A DNA stretch of 64,000 bases from Malacoraja senta (taxonomy: Eukaryota). Positions 36,131 to 49,350 of the stretch are shown in pieces. The notes beneath the pieces are model-generated. The model worked only from the letters and a program-made list of their open reading frames with translations, ran no database searches and had not been told where the DNA came from. The position numbers and the translations under genes are program-made. Every line of letters starts with the position of its first letter. Position 1 is the stretch's first letter. The DNA lies in NCBI GenBank assembly GCA_038087875.1, contig CM075983.1:13454001-13518000 (forward strand). The letters run 5' to 3'.

Positions 36131-36711
36131 CTCTCTACCAGCTGCTCCACTGGGCTGCTCTAACTATTGCTGCTTAACTATAGGGGGAGATGCAGCTTTA
36201 CAAAAAATTCTGGAAGTATCAGGCCAGCTCCTACACTGTTTCATCAAACACTCCACCTCCTTGTTCAACATGGGAATCAATTAAACTTCTAATGAGTTTA
36301 GCTGGTGGCAAGTTGCAGGGATGAATCATCAACTGTTATGCTAAAGAGGGAGTAACCAACAATGAACTGAGCTATCAACAGGTTGCAACAATAAGATAAT
36401 ATTTTTCAATTGATGGCATTGTATATCAATGGGTGTTTTCTGATTTATCTTTGATAAACTACGCATTGTTTTTTTTTAGTGTTGCCTCCTGCTGCAAGCC
36501 TCTCTTACATCCTTAAAATAACAATTAAGCCATTAAATCTGTAATTATCCCACCACAGTGATGACATAATACGAGAATTTTGACAATAGCAGTCTTGGAG
36601 TTAAGGAATTTCTTTTTATGCAAATCGACATTAAAAAAAAAATCTTCTATTGGAGATAATAGTTAAAATTGCATTTCATCTGGTACGATAATAACTACAG
36701 AACCTAAGCCA

Positions 36712-37003
36712 GCTCAGTGGAGCAGCTGTAGAATTGCTGTTTTATAGCGCCAGAGACTCAAGTTTGATCCTGACTATGGGTGTGGTCTGTACGGAGTTTG
36801 TACATTCTCCCTGTGACCACGAGGGTTTTCTCCGGGTGCACCAGTCTCCTCCCTCATTCCAAAGACGTGCAGGTTTGTAGGTTAATTGGTTTCTGTAAAG
36901 TTTCCCTAGTGTGTAGGATAGAACTAGTGTACGGGATGATTGCTGGTTGGCACGGACTCGGTGGGCCGAAGGGCCTGCTTCCGTGCTGTATCTCAAAACT
37001 AAA
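36712..37003 (+). mobile_element. HE1-like SINE
   Basis: Same head, body and tail as the 10299 copy. Confidence 0.85.
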
Positions 37004-37255
37004 GAACTGTTCATCCAGCAGCTGTTTAGTTGAGTGTCGTAAGTAATATCTCTGGGCCGGAACCCAGACTTGACCCAAGCAGACCGGAACCTGACCCGTT
37101 TCAACTGGAAACATCACCCATTTCTTTTCTACTGAGATGCAGCCTGACCCGCTGAGTTATACCAGCACTTTGTGTCTATCTTTGGTGTAAATCAGCATCT
37201 GTAGTTCCTTCCTACACCAAAAGAGATAGAACAGGGTGAGATAGATATATCCAAG

Positions 37256-38770
37256 GACATTGCGGAAAACTAGATTGGAAACTGCGGGAGCCCTGGTTGA
37301 AATTTACGAGTCGTCCTCAAATACAGGAGAGGTGCCGGAAGACTGGAGGGTGGCAAATGTGCCTTTTTTCAAGAAGGACTGCAGGGAAAATGCTGGGAAC
37401 TATAAGCTGGTGAGCTTAACATCTGTAGTTGGTAAGTTACTGGAGAGTATTCTGAGGGATAGGTTATACAGGCATTTGAATGGGCAAGGGCTGATTAGGG
37501 ATAGTCAGCATGGTTTTGTACGTGGGAGGTCGTGTCTCACAAATCTGATTGATTTTTTTGAAGACGTGACCAAAAAGGTTGATAAGTGCAGAGCTGTAGA
37601 TGTTGTGTACATGGACTTCAGTAAGGCGTTCGACAAGATTCCGCATTATAGGCTGCACTAGAAGGCTAGATCGCATGGGATCCAAGGAGAGATAGCTGAA
37701 TGGATAGCGAATTGGCTCCATGGAAGGAAGCAGAGGGTGATGGTGGAAGGTTGCTTCTCGGACTGGAGGCCTGTGACTAGTGGTGTGCATCAGGGTTTGG
37801 TGCTGGGCCCATTACTGTTTGTCATCTACGTCAATGATTTGGATGAGAACATACAGGGTAAGATTAGCAAGTTTGCTGGTGATACCAAAGTTAGTGGTTT
37901 TGCAGATAGTGAAGATGGTTGTGAACGATTGCAGCAGGATCTGGATCGATTGGCCAGGTGGTCGGAGGAATGGTTGATGGAATTCAATACACAAAAGTGT
38001 GAGGTGTTGCATTTTGGGACGTTGAACAAGGGCAGGACCTACACAGTGAATGGTAGGCCTCTGGGTAGTGTTGTAGAGCAGAGCGATCTAGGAGTACAGG
38101 TGCATGGTTCCTTGGAGGTTGAGTCGCAGGTAGATAAGGTGGTCAAAAAGACTTTTGGCACTTTGGCCTTCATCAGTCAGAGTATTGAGTATAGAAGTTG
38201 GGAGCCAATTGTTGCAGTTGTATAAGAGGTTGCTGAGACCGCATTTCGAATATTGTGTTCAGTTCTGGGCACCGTGTTAAGGGAAAGATATTGTCAAGCT
38301 TGAACGGGTTCAGAAAAGATTTACAAGGATGTTGCCAGGACTAGAGGGTGTGAGCTATAGGGAGAATTTGAGTAGGCTGGGTCTCTATTCCATGGAGCGC
38401 AGGAAGATGACAGATGATCTTATAGAGGTATGCAAAATCATGAGGAATAGATCCAGTAGATGCACAGAGTCTTTTACCCAGAGTAGGGGAATCGAGGACC
38501 AGAGGACATAGGTTCAAGGTGAAAGGGAAAAGATTTAATAGGAATCCGAGGGGTAACTTTTTCACACAAAGGGTGGTGGGTGTATGGAACAAGCTGCCAG
38601 AGGAGGTAGTTGAGGCTGGGACTATCCCATCATTTAGGAAACAGTTAGACAGGTACTTGGATAGGACAGGTTTGGAGGGATATGGACCAAGCGCAGGCAA
38701 GTGGGACTAGTGTGGGCGAGTTGGGCCAAAGGGCCTGTTTCCACACTGTATCACTCTATGACTCTATGAC
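37256..38770 (+). mobile_element. CR1 LINE, 1.5-kb 3' portion with decayed RT
   Basis: ORFs 37260..37661 and 37737..38225 (DFSKAFDKIPH, GVHQGLVLGPLLF, KFAGDT), with stops and frameshifts; (CTATGA)n tail. Confidence 0.92.
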
Positions 38771-39597
38771 TCTATAACAGGAAAAGTTGCTCAGGAGACC
38801 GTGTACTCGGGTCACCTTGGAATACCAGTTTTCTGTAATTGGTAATTTCAATGGGCTCAAATTTCAAAACATGTTCTGCCATTCACAGTTAGTATACAAG
38901 GAACTTGCTTGGCTTAACAGTAGTATTCTGTCAGTTGCAAAGTAGAAAACCTTGCTGCGGTTCCCATTTCTATGGTCTTGTTCTGTGCCTGCACCTCCAA
39001 CTTTATACCCTGAGTAAACCTGCTTCACATTTTTAAGTGCAATTCCACATTGCTAGCTGTTCTGCAAGCTCTCTTGAATGCTAAGCCCGGAGTGGTGAAT
39101 AGTTTTGCATAACTTCTCTCATTTATCCGTCTGCACCATAACCACCTGATATTTAACAGACTGGAAATTCCACCTTTTGGCAAAACCTGACCTGAGCATT
39201 TATTCATTAATTGCTCCCTTTGGTCCTCGGTTAAACATGCTAAACTTGTAAATTGTTAATACCTCTGAAGACACTGGATTAAAATGTTCTATTGACACTT
39301 TTACAATATCTTGGTTAAAAGCTTTGAGTGTAGATTGCAGCACTCAAACTGTGTCTCATTTGTCTCTGGCCTAACAAAGAGCAGCAGTAATATTGCCCTC
39401 CTCTGTTTTGTATGTTGGCCTCATTGCTTTATTCTATGTCCTCCCCTGAGTCCTTGACAATATTGTTTACTTTCAGGAACATTTCCACACGGTTCACATC
39501 CAGGAAACAAGGCTGAGGCTGCTCATACTTCTCAAGCTCACTGACACAGTCTGCCAAGTCCACTCCCTGCCATCTACACTGCTCCAATCCTACCCTC

Positions 39598-39852
39598 TAG
39601 TTTAGTTTAGAGAAACAGTGCGGAACCAGGCCCTTCGGCCCATCGAGTCCACACCGCCCAGCGATCACCGCACATTAACACTATCCTACACTGGATATAA
39701 ATTTTGACATTTATACCAAGCCAAATAACTTACATCTTTGGAGGGAGAAAACCCTGGCAGGTCACGGGGAGAACGTAAAACTCCGTACAGACAGCACCCG
39801 TAGTCGGGATCGAGCCTGGAAGGCCGCAACTTTACCGTTGTGCTGCCGTGCC
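39598..39852 (-). mobile_element. HE1-like SINE (internally deleted)
   Basis: (GTTTA)n tail at 39598 and reverse-complement body. Confidence 0.75.
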
Positions 39853-40359
39853 TCTAGTAACTTCACACTTGATTCCACCTTTCAGCTTCATCAAGCAGTT
39901 ATGTTCCCAGACAGAATCTGTATGCTGCTTGTATTCTGATGCTTATTGAGATGTACAAATTAGGATTCCAATTATCTGAAAAATTAACCTTGCTTTTCTC
40001 TTTACCGATGCTGCTTGATCTGCTGAATACTTCCAGCAGCTTGTTTTTATTTCAGATTCTCATTACGTGTAGATTATTCATTTTTCCATTTTAACTTATA
40101 ACTAGCGCCCTTGCAAAGCCTCTACTGACACTAGGGTGGTGAATCTTGGGGTTAATTTCATTCCAACGTGTCACTTCCTAGACAGGTGCCCTGAAAGGAA
40201 ACCTTAGTATTTCCATACATAAATGCACTTCTATTGAAATTCATTGGATTTTTTTTGGTGTGATCTAAAATTCCATGGGATAGGCTTCCCACTTCAGTCT
40301 TCCCAACTGCCACATTTGTTCACACAGTATTACATGTGCAATATGGGCCAGGGACAACT

Positions 40360-41345
40360 CTGAAGAAGGGTTCCAACCCAAACGTCACCTATTCATATTA
40401 TCCAGAGATACTGCCTGACCCGCTGAATTACTCCAGCACTTTGTGTTCTTTTGTGTAAACCAGCATCTGCAGTTGCTTATTTCTACAATTAAGGCAGTAC
40501 TTTGTATGATCTTCAGCAGAACAACTTATTTGTTGGGCAAACACAAAGTGCTGGAGTAATGCAGCAGGACAGGCAGCATCTGTGGAGGGAATGGACAGGC
40601 GACATTTCAGGTCGGGACCCTTCTTCAGACTGAAAGTAGGGGGTGGGGGGGAAAGAGCTGGAGATGAGAAAAGACCAGGACAAATCAGGGCCAGCCGCAA
40701 ACGGCCATAGGCAGGGCGATGCCTGGTTGGTCCATTGTTGGCCAGGGAAGGTGAGATATCAAGAGAAACAATGTGGAGAACTGTGCAACTGGTAAAACGA
40801 CTAGGGTGGAGGAACGGGGCAAGGAGGGAGGGAAGGTGAGGGGTATGTGTGTGTGTGTGTGTGGGGGGGGGGGGGTGTAAGATGAAGTTACTTAAAATTA
40901 GAGAATTCAATGTTCATACACTGGGTTCACACCTTGCTGAGCCAACTTTGGCACCAGGTTCCACTTTGCCTGAAATCATTTGTGGCCGACCCTGATTTAT
41001 CTTCGTCTTCTCTCACCTCCGGCTATTCACCTCCTCCCCCTCCCCATTCTTTCAGTCTGAAGAAGGTTACCAACCCAAAAACATCACCCATCCTTTTTCT
41101 CCAGAGATGCTGCCTGGCCCGCTGAGTTACTCCGGCAATTTGTGCCCATCTTTGGTACAAACCAGCATCTGCAGATCTTTGTGTAGGAAGGAACTGCAGC
41201 TGCAGGTTTACAACGAAGATAGACATAAAATGTTGGAGTAACTCAGCGGGACCGTCAGTATCTGTTGGTATAAGGAATTCCTTCAATCCAGAGATGTTGC
41301 CTGTCCCGCTGAGTTACTCCAGCATTTTGTGTCTATCGTCCGCAG
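40360..41345. mobile_element. Cluster of PLE terminal fragments in alternating orientations
   Basis: Multiple gctgagttactccagc / gctggagtaactcagc blocks with hammerhead-like cores at about 40360, 40600-40632 (minus) and 41057. Confidence 0.7.
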
Positions 41346-41974
41346 TTCTTTGTTTCTACATATACTTCTGGAAACATTACCAATTTAATTATCTCTCAGT
41401 TAGATCTTGCGGTGAATTTAAGAATTCCTCTCTGTCGCCAAGATCCATGTCAGGTTTTGCTGCTGCTGCTGCTAGCTGATCATTGAGCTGGGTGTGAACG
41501 ATCCTGTTTCAGGGAGGGTTTGAGGTGTAGCTGGACGTCTATCCAGCTTGCAGACAAGTTGTTTTGTGCGGTGACTTCCTCCTGCCACCTGACTCAAGGT
41601 ATCGCAGACGGTAAAAAACCAAAAGTTCCTTAACTTTCGTGGTTCCTGTTCTTTTGATGAATGTTTAACTTTTTGTGAATCCGTGTTTGGAAAGTTTTGC
41701 CTTTCGCGAAAGGGCAAGTTGATGAATGTTCTCCCGTTTCCAAAAGGGAAAGAATGTGGAGACTGAGCGCGAATTGCTTTAGTTCACGAACTTGACTGGA
41801 CTCGCCCTATCTGGTTACCTTCACTTCTTCAAAAAGTTGTCAGTCTGACCACAGTAATTAGTTTATTGACCCCTTGCAAAGTATCAGCCTCTCCCCATCC
41901 CCGCTCTTTTCACCGAAGCTTGTGGATTTCTTTGGAAATGTCATTGTTTGTGTTTGAAATATCTTAGCTTTATA

Positions 41975-42710
41975 GACTCGTACAGTGTGGAAACAGGCCC
42001 CTCAGCCCAACTTGCCCACGCCGACCAACATGCCCCATCTACACCAGTCCCACCTGCCCGCGCTTGGCCCATAACCCTTTAAACTTAAACCTGCCCTGTC
42101 CATGTACATGTCCGAATCTCTCTTAAACGTTGTGAAAGTCCCTGCCTCAACTACCTCCTCGACAGCTCCTTCCATACAAGCACCACCCTTCGTGTAAAGA
42201 AAAGTTGCCCCTCGGGTTGCTATTAAATGTTTTCCCCCTCACCTTAAACCCATGTCCTCTTCTTCTCGATTCCCCTACACTGGGCAAAAGACTGTGTATT
42301 TTAACCACCAGCGGTAGAGTTGCTGCCTTAGTTACAGCGCTGAAGCGCCAGAGACCCACCCGGCTTCCACCTGACTACCGGTGTTGTCTGTACAGACCCT
42401 GTACCTTCTCCCCCTGACCGCGTGGGTTTTCTCCGAGATCTTCGGTTTCCTCCCTTGATATAAATGTAAATTGACCCCAGTGTGTGTTAGTGTGCGGGGA
42501 TCCGCTGGTCAGCGGGCCGAAGGGCCAGTTTCCGCCCTGTATCTCTAAACTAAACTAAACACCAGCCCAGCTGACCAATAGACCTGATCTGTTCCTCTCA
42601 TGATTTTGCACACCTCTATAAGATCACCCCTCATCCTGCGCTCGCAAGGAATAAAATCCTAGCCTGTGCAACCTTTCCCTCTAGCTCAGGCCCTCAACGT
42701 CCTCGTAAAG
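41975..42710 (-). mobile_element. CR1 3' fragment interrupted by a + strand HE1-like SINE (about 42305..42560)
   Basis: CR1 3' sequence resumes after the SINE's TAAAC tail. Confidence 0.75.
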
Positions 42711-43107
42711 TGTGGGGAGTGGGGAAATGAGCTCAATCTTTCCTTCTCCTTCAGTCAGTTAGAAGGACGTCAGCACCTCTTCCCAACTTTATTTTAGCAT
42801 TTAGGAATATGGCCAGCGGCTGTGACCTTCAGGTGACACGGTCTCTCTAGCTTTTATTTGACGGTGAGAGGTTCAGACGGTGAGACCCTCCGTGTGAAAA
42901 GGTGTTTCCCGATTCCACGTCTGAATGACCCAGTTCTAATGTTACCATTATGCCCAATTGTTTGGATTCACACCGCCAGAGGCGATTTACTCTCTGAGCC
43001 TACTTCCTGAATAATTGTAATTACCTTGAATAGATCTCCATTTGACTGTCTAATCTCAAGGGAATAGAAACTCAATTTACATACACTTTAACTGTGCTAA
43101 CCCTGAC

Positions 43108-44090
43108 AAATTCAAATCAATTCAATTCAATCTTTAATTGTCATTGTGCAGTGTACAGTACAGAGACAACGAAATGCAGTTAGCATCTCACCCAGAAAAG
43201 CGAACTTAGGAATAATGAGCAGTAAAATATATATATGTACAGTAGTGCAATTTTTCTGGGGGAAATAGTGTCCGGGGGAGGGGTGACTGGCAATCACCGA
43301 GGTGCAGATTTCAGTAGTGTAACAACCGCAGGGAAGCAGCTGTTCCTGAACCTGCTGGTTCAGCAACGGAGAGACCTGTAGCGCCTCCCGGATGGGAGGA
43401 GGGTAAACAGTCTGTGGTTGGGGTGAGAGCAGTCCTTGACGATGCTGCGCGTCCTTCGCAGACATCGCTTGCTTTGGACAGACTCAATGAAGGGGAGTGA
43501 GGAACCGGTGATGCGTTGGGCGGTTTTCATCACCCTCTGCAGTGCTTTCCGGTCAGAGACAGAGCAGTTGCCATACCATACTGTGATACAGTTGGTAAGG
43601 ATGCTCTCGATGGTGCAGCGGTAGAAGTTCACCAGAATCTGAGGAGACAGATGGACCTTCTTTAGTCTCCCCAGGAAGAAGAGAAGCTGGTGAGCCTTCT
43701 TGACCAGTGTTGATGTATTGTGGGTCCAAGAGAGGTCATCAGAGATGTTGACCCCCAGAAACCTGAAGCTGGAAACACGTTCCACCTCCGTCCCGTTAAT
43801 ATGGATGGGAGTGTGCGTGCAGCCCCTAGACCTCCTGTAGTCCACAATGAGCTCCTTGGTCATCTTGGAGTTAAGGGCCAGGTTGTTGTCAGTGCACCAT
43901 GCTGCTAGGAGCTGAACCTCCTCCCTATAGGCCAACTCATCGTTGTCGCTGATGAGGCCAATCACCGTTGTATCATCTGCATACTTGATGATGGTGTTAG
44001 AACCATGTACAGGTGTGCAGTCGGTGAAGGTGAAGAGGGAGTAGAGGAGGGGGCTCAGTACACAGGCCGTTGCTACTTCCAAGACCATTA
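43108..44090 (-). mobile_element. Rex/Babar-type LINE, 5'-truncated RT fragment
   Basis: ORF 43360..44088: CVLSPLLYSLF, KYADDTTVIGLI, FYRCTIESILT, LPSGRRYRSLRC; (ATTGA)n tail. Confidence 0.88.
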
Positions 44091-44173
44091 TATCTCCCTC
44101 AGCGGTTTCAGACCCAAACTGGCCGAGTGAAGTGATGCGGCAACAAGACGGTGGAGGGGGCAGACTTTAGGCA

Positions 44174-44205
44174 GGGCGGGGCACCAACAGTGGGAGGTAT
44201 ATAAA
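44174..44205 (+). promoter_or_regulatory. Candidate Pol II core promoter (GC box plus TATA box)
   Basis: GGGCGGGG at 44174-44181 and TATATAAA at 44198-44205, in a locally GC-rich patch. Confidence 0.4.
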
Positions 44206-46381
44206 CGCAGGCACACAGCTAGCAGACTCTCATGAGCAAAGACCATAGAAGCTCATGAGGAAGAAAGTTGGGGATTTCAATGTCAGAACTCCCTGCACGC
44301 CAAAGCAAACAAGAGGCTGACATAAAAATAACAAAGAAGATTGATGGCAAATGTCAGGCATAGAATGCAGGACGCATTAGGATAGATTCAAAATGTATTT
44401 TAAAAAAAAGATTGTAGTGAGATTAACAGGTCAGTACAACATTTGGAAAGAGATCCTGTTACAGTATAGTGTAAGGACAAGGTTCTTACACCCTGCCTTA
44501 GCAGCTCAGAATGCCTTTTGGATTTTCTTTGGACTAAATTATGATTGAGGGGTTAAAATTGTCAGAAAGCAGAGGCAGAAGTGTGTCAGAAGGGCTCCTG
44601 ACTACAGAATGTGTGCTAAAATACTTTGAAAGCATCAGCGTGGAGAGATAAGAGTTAAATGTATATTTCCAGTATCAGAGGAAGATGCAAATAGAAAGAA
44701 TTCTGGAATTGCACATTGCTGATCCTTTGGAAAGTGGCAAGGGTAACGGGTTGAGTTTAGTTGAATTTACTTTATTGCCACGTGTACCAAGGTACAATGA
44801 AAAGCTAGGGTGATGGTTGAGTGGGCACTTTTGTTATTTGGCTTCTTACGCACTGTATTTAATACAAAAATGGATCTTTTTATAAAGTGGGTGCTTTGCT
44901 CAATTCTGGACAATTCATCCTGATTTTGTTTTGAAATTTCTTTGCTTCACTGCAGCTTCTTGATTCTCAATATTAAGACAATTATTTCAATTTGACCTGA
45001 GTAATTTTTCGTATCAAACATATGGTATTGTCACCCTTTTCCCCAGCAATCGCATAATCCACTTTTCACAAGGAGAAAAGGAGTATTTGGTAAACATAAA
45101 AATCTATATGTATATTTAGGCATTCTACTTTTCTGACAACATACTAACTGCAGCTATACAAAAAAAAGACACAACTGCTGGAGTAACTCAGCAGGTCAGG
45201 CAGCATCTCTGGGGAACATGGATAGATAATGTTTGGGGTCACATGTGTGTATATGCGCATGTGTGTGTGTATCTGCACACATATGTACATGTTATATGGG
45301 TGCATATATATAATATATGTATGTGTATGTATGCCTATGTGTGTGTTTGTATATATACACTACAGTTTTCCAATAGAAATGGTGTTCCTCCCTGGGTATC
45401 AATTCCAGGTGATATGTGAGTTTATTGTAGGCATTTGGAGAGGTAGATGTTTTTTCGTTCATTTTAAAAAGAGACTAAAGCTATCTTTTCTTCCCTCTTT
45501 CTGAAATTCACCACTCTAATGGTGTATGAGAGGATTGATCAGCATTAATGTCACCTTCTGTCCATTTGTTCCATTTGAACTCAGTGGAACTGAACGTCCA
45601 GAAATAAGTCATCAGTACAAAATACTCCCACTTATGTTTAATGTCTGTGATTAATTCCCACACCACTTCCATTATTGCTGGGGTTTTTACGATTAGTTAA
45701 CGTGCTCACAGATAAATTAAAGTTATTTTCTTAATGTTGAGATAGTGGGAGCTGTAAAGCTGGTTTGGTTATTGGATTCTGGCAGCCTCCCCTCTGATGT
45801 CTCATCCAAACAAATGCTAGGTAAATTGGAAGTATTGGCAATTGACTTGCAGAAGAGGTGTCTCTGAGCTGAGGGGATAAGGAGAGGAGGTGAACTATCA
45901 ATTGTTGAGCGCAATAAAACTCTCATCTGTTATATCACATTCTGACTTATTTCTGGACAGCAGTGTGGGAAACATTGCTAATTCCTTTTTTTGAAATCCT
46001 CTGTATTCCTAAGACATTGATCAATTGCACAATCACAAAGAAATGATTGAAACTTTCCTAGCCTGTTTGGCCTGAAGTCACACACATGACATTGTATTTA
46101 ACTATTGAACCATGCATTTGTTATTTGTATCTTCTCATTTCCATTATGCCCTCATGTCTTCATACATTACGTCTTCATGCAGTAACTCAGTGACAAACAC
46201 TATCATTCTTCCTCTGCCCTCGATTTAGGCATCATCATAAATCTCTGTTGTCTGTATTTGTTGTATTCTACCTCATTTTGAACTTGTTATGGTTGATAGT
46301 GGAAGAGGAGAGTAAATTTTTATTGGTGTCGCTTTCCAAAATTAAAATGTTGTTAAATATTCTTTATGTATTTCGGTGCTG

Positions 46382-49350
46382 TCAGTTCACTCGTTGTCGT
46401 GGCTATCCCTCGAGGTCGAGGATGATGGTCTACGTTCTGTTGATTTTACGTTCTGTTGTTTTTATGGACTCTCAGGTGGCTTATGAGTCCAATCCTGGCT
46501 TTAAAAGTTCTTTGACATTCAGGACAGGTAATTCCAGATGGCAGATCGGGCTTTGGTTGTTGCTGCCTCTCTTTATGTTTTCTTCTCTTTTGTTCTAATT
46601 CTGCGCATCTCTTGGCTTCGAAGGTCGCTGTTCCTTCTTGGATGATGGTTCGCCAGAGTTTCCTGTCTTTGGCATTGGTTTCCCAATTGTCAATGTCGAT
46701 TGCACATTTCTTCATGCTGGCTTTTAAGGTGTCTTTGAATCTCTTCTTTTGTCCGCCTCTTTTCCGTTTGCCTTCTTTAAGCTGGGAGTATAAGGTTTGC
46801 TTTGGTAGACAAAGTGTTTAAGAAGGAACTGCAGATGCTGGAAATTCCCAGGTACACAAAAATGCTGGAGAAACTCAGCGGGTGCAGCAGCATAACGTTC
46901 AAGTCAAGTCAAGTCACATTTATTTATATAGCACATTTAAAAAACAACTCCCGTTGGCCAAAGTGCTTTACATTTGTTATAAGAATAGCATAAACTAAAC
47001 AAACTACATACATATATACATGTAGCCCTCACTCAGAGGACGTCAGGAAAGGCTTGGGAGTATAGATAAGTTTTTAGTCTTGACTTAAAAGAGTCGATGG
47101 AGGGGGCAGTTCTGATGGGAAGGGGGATGCTGTTCCACAGTCTAGGAGCTGCAACCGCAAAGGCGCGGTCGCCCCTGAGCTTATGCCTAGACCGTGGGAT
47201 ATTCAGCAACCCCAAGTCGGCCGATCTGAGGGGCCTGGAGGTGGAGTGGTGGGTGAGAAGACTTTTTATGTAGGTGGGGGCAAGCCCATTGAGGGCTTTG
47301 TAGACATGGAGGAGGATCTTGAAGTTGCGTTGCCTATTTCCTTCGCTCCATAGATGCTGCTGCATCCGCTGAGTTTCTCCAGCATTTTTGTGTACCTTTG
47401 CTTTGGTAGACGCTCGTCTTCCATCCGAACATGACCGACCCATCTTAGTTGGTTCTTGATGACGAAGGCTTCGATGCTAGATGTGTTTGCTTCATTCAGC
47501 ACGCTGACGTTGGTTCTTCTGTCTTCCCAACTGATATTTAAGCTGCTTCGAAGACATCGTTGATGGAACTTTTCAAGTGTTTTCAGATGGCGTTGGTATG
47601 GTGTCCAGGTTTCTGATGCATACAGGAGCGTTGGAATCACCACTGCCTTGTACACTAACATTTTGGTGTCTGTTCGGATGTGACGATTTTGAAAGACTCT
47701 CGTTCGAAGATGTCCAAAAGCTGTTCCAGCACACTTAAGACGATGTTGGATCTCGTCATCAAGGTCGACATTGGAGGAGAGGTGACTTCCAAGGTACGGA
47801 AAGTGATCCACATTTTCCAGGGTTGTTTCACCAAGTTGGATTGACGGTTCTTTCCAATTTGTCTCAGTTGGTGACGATTGGTAGATAACCTGAGTCTTCT
47901 TGGAGTTGATGGTAAGTCCAAGTTTCGTGTATGCACTGTTGAAGGCAGTCAGGATCTGTTGCAGATGATTTTTTGAGAGAGCTGCAACACAGTTGTCGTC
48001 TGCGTATTGGAACTCCATGAGGGAGCTCATAGATGTCTTAGTTTAGGACTTGAGACGGGCAAGATTGAAAAGTCTGCCATCTGTTCTGTAAATGATTTCG
48101 ATTCCTGGGGGTAGGTGGATAGGATGTCTCATAAGAGTTCCCTTGATACCGAGTCGAAGGCCTTAGTGAGGTCGATGAATGCCATGTACCAAAGGTTGAG
48201 GTTGTTCACAACATTTTTCTTGTAGTTGACGCATTGTGAATATCATGTCGGCTGTTCCACGTGATGGTCTAAAACCAGCTTGTGTCTCTGGAAGGATCTT
48301 CTCGGCTAAAGGCTTGAGTCGGTTGTTCATGATGTGGGCGAGGACTTTGCCTGCTGTTGCTAACAGGGAAATTCCACGATAGTTTCCTCAGTCAGATCGA
48401 TCGCCTTTCCTTTTGTAGATGGTAACGATTGCTGAGTCTCTAAAGTCTCCTGGTACGTCTTCATTTATCCAGATCTTGATGAGAAGTTGATGCAATTGGT
48501 AATGGAGCAGGTTACCTCCAAGATTGTAGACCTCGGCTGGTATTCCATCGAGTACAGCTGCCTTGTTGTATTTGAAGGTTTTGATGGCTTCCTTGACTTC
48601 TTCAAGTGATTGTATTCTGCTTAGGAAGTCGTCAACAGGCTGCTTTGGAATCTTGTTGATCACGTTCCTGACAAATGAGGCGGTTTGATTTAGAAGATCT
48701 TCAAAATGCTCCCTCCATCTAGAATTGATGTCAGCATTGCTCTTCAGGATGGTTGATCCATCTTTGTTTTTGGGAGGGGCTTGACCGTGAGTGGATGGAC
48801 CAAAAATGGCTTTGGTGGCGTTGAAAAAGCCTTGAGTGTTGTTGGCGTCTGCTTGTTGTTGGAGCTTTTTCCCTCCACCATTGGCTTTTCAGGATTCGGG
48901 TGCTCTGCTGGACTGCAGCCTTGCATTCCTGATAGCACTTCCTTTTTGTAGCTGACTGTTGGTCATTTTGTAAGGTGATGAAAGCTTTTCGCTTTTCATC
49001 GATGAGTTGTTGGAATTGTTTGTCATTATTGTCGAACCAATCCTGATGATTTTTTGACGAACCCAATTGTTTCCTTGCAGGAGGCGATGATAGCGTTCTT
49101 CAATAGATTCCAGTGTTCTTCGACAGACTGTGGAATATGTTGAGGCAGTTGTTCTGGAAGTTTCTGTTGAAACTTCTGAACATGGTTGATGTCTTGAAGT
49201 ATGTCAACATTGAATATCTTGGTGTTCTGGTTTTGATGTTTCCTTTTTGGGCCGAATCTTGTTTTCAGTACATCTTGTTGGTCACGGGATCGTACGATGA
49301 TGTAGTCGATGAGGTGCCAGTGTTTGGAACGTGGATGCTGCCAGGAGACA
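46382..49350 (-). mobile_element. RTE (BovB-like) LINE, about 2.4 kb excluding a nested insert, frameshifted and internally deleted
   Basis: APE C-terminus (HPRSKHWHLIDYIIVR), RT (FQYADD, FPYLGS, VYKAVVIPTLLYASETW) and C-terminal C2H2 (CPECQRTFKARIGLISHLRVH). The segment between the DLTKAFD motif and the GIEIIYRTDG motif is missing. Confidence 0.9.
46811..47396. mobile_element. Composite insert: inverted PLE arms enclosing an L2 3' fragment (46900..47325)
   Basis: 15-bp TSD TTTGCTTTGGTAGAC at 46796-46810 and 47397-47411. L2 frame FKILLHVYKALNGLAP...RAFAVAAPRLWNSIP with (ACTTG)n tail. Confidence 0.85.

Noticed and set aside
41294-41830. CpG-retaining unique region with short open frames on both strands
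   Set aside because: No recognisable protein motif and weak splice signals; cannot be supported without expression or conservation data.
45723-45990. Minus-strand 67-aa ORF as a last exon
   Set aside because: No homology recognised; acceptor is weak.
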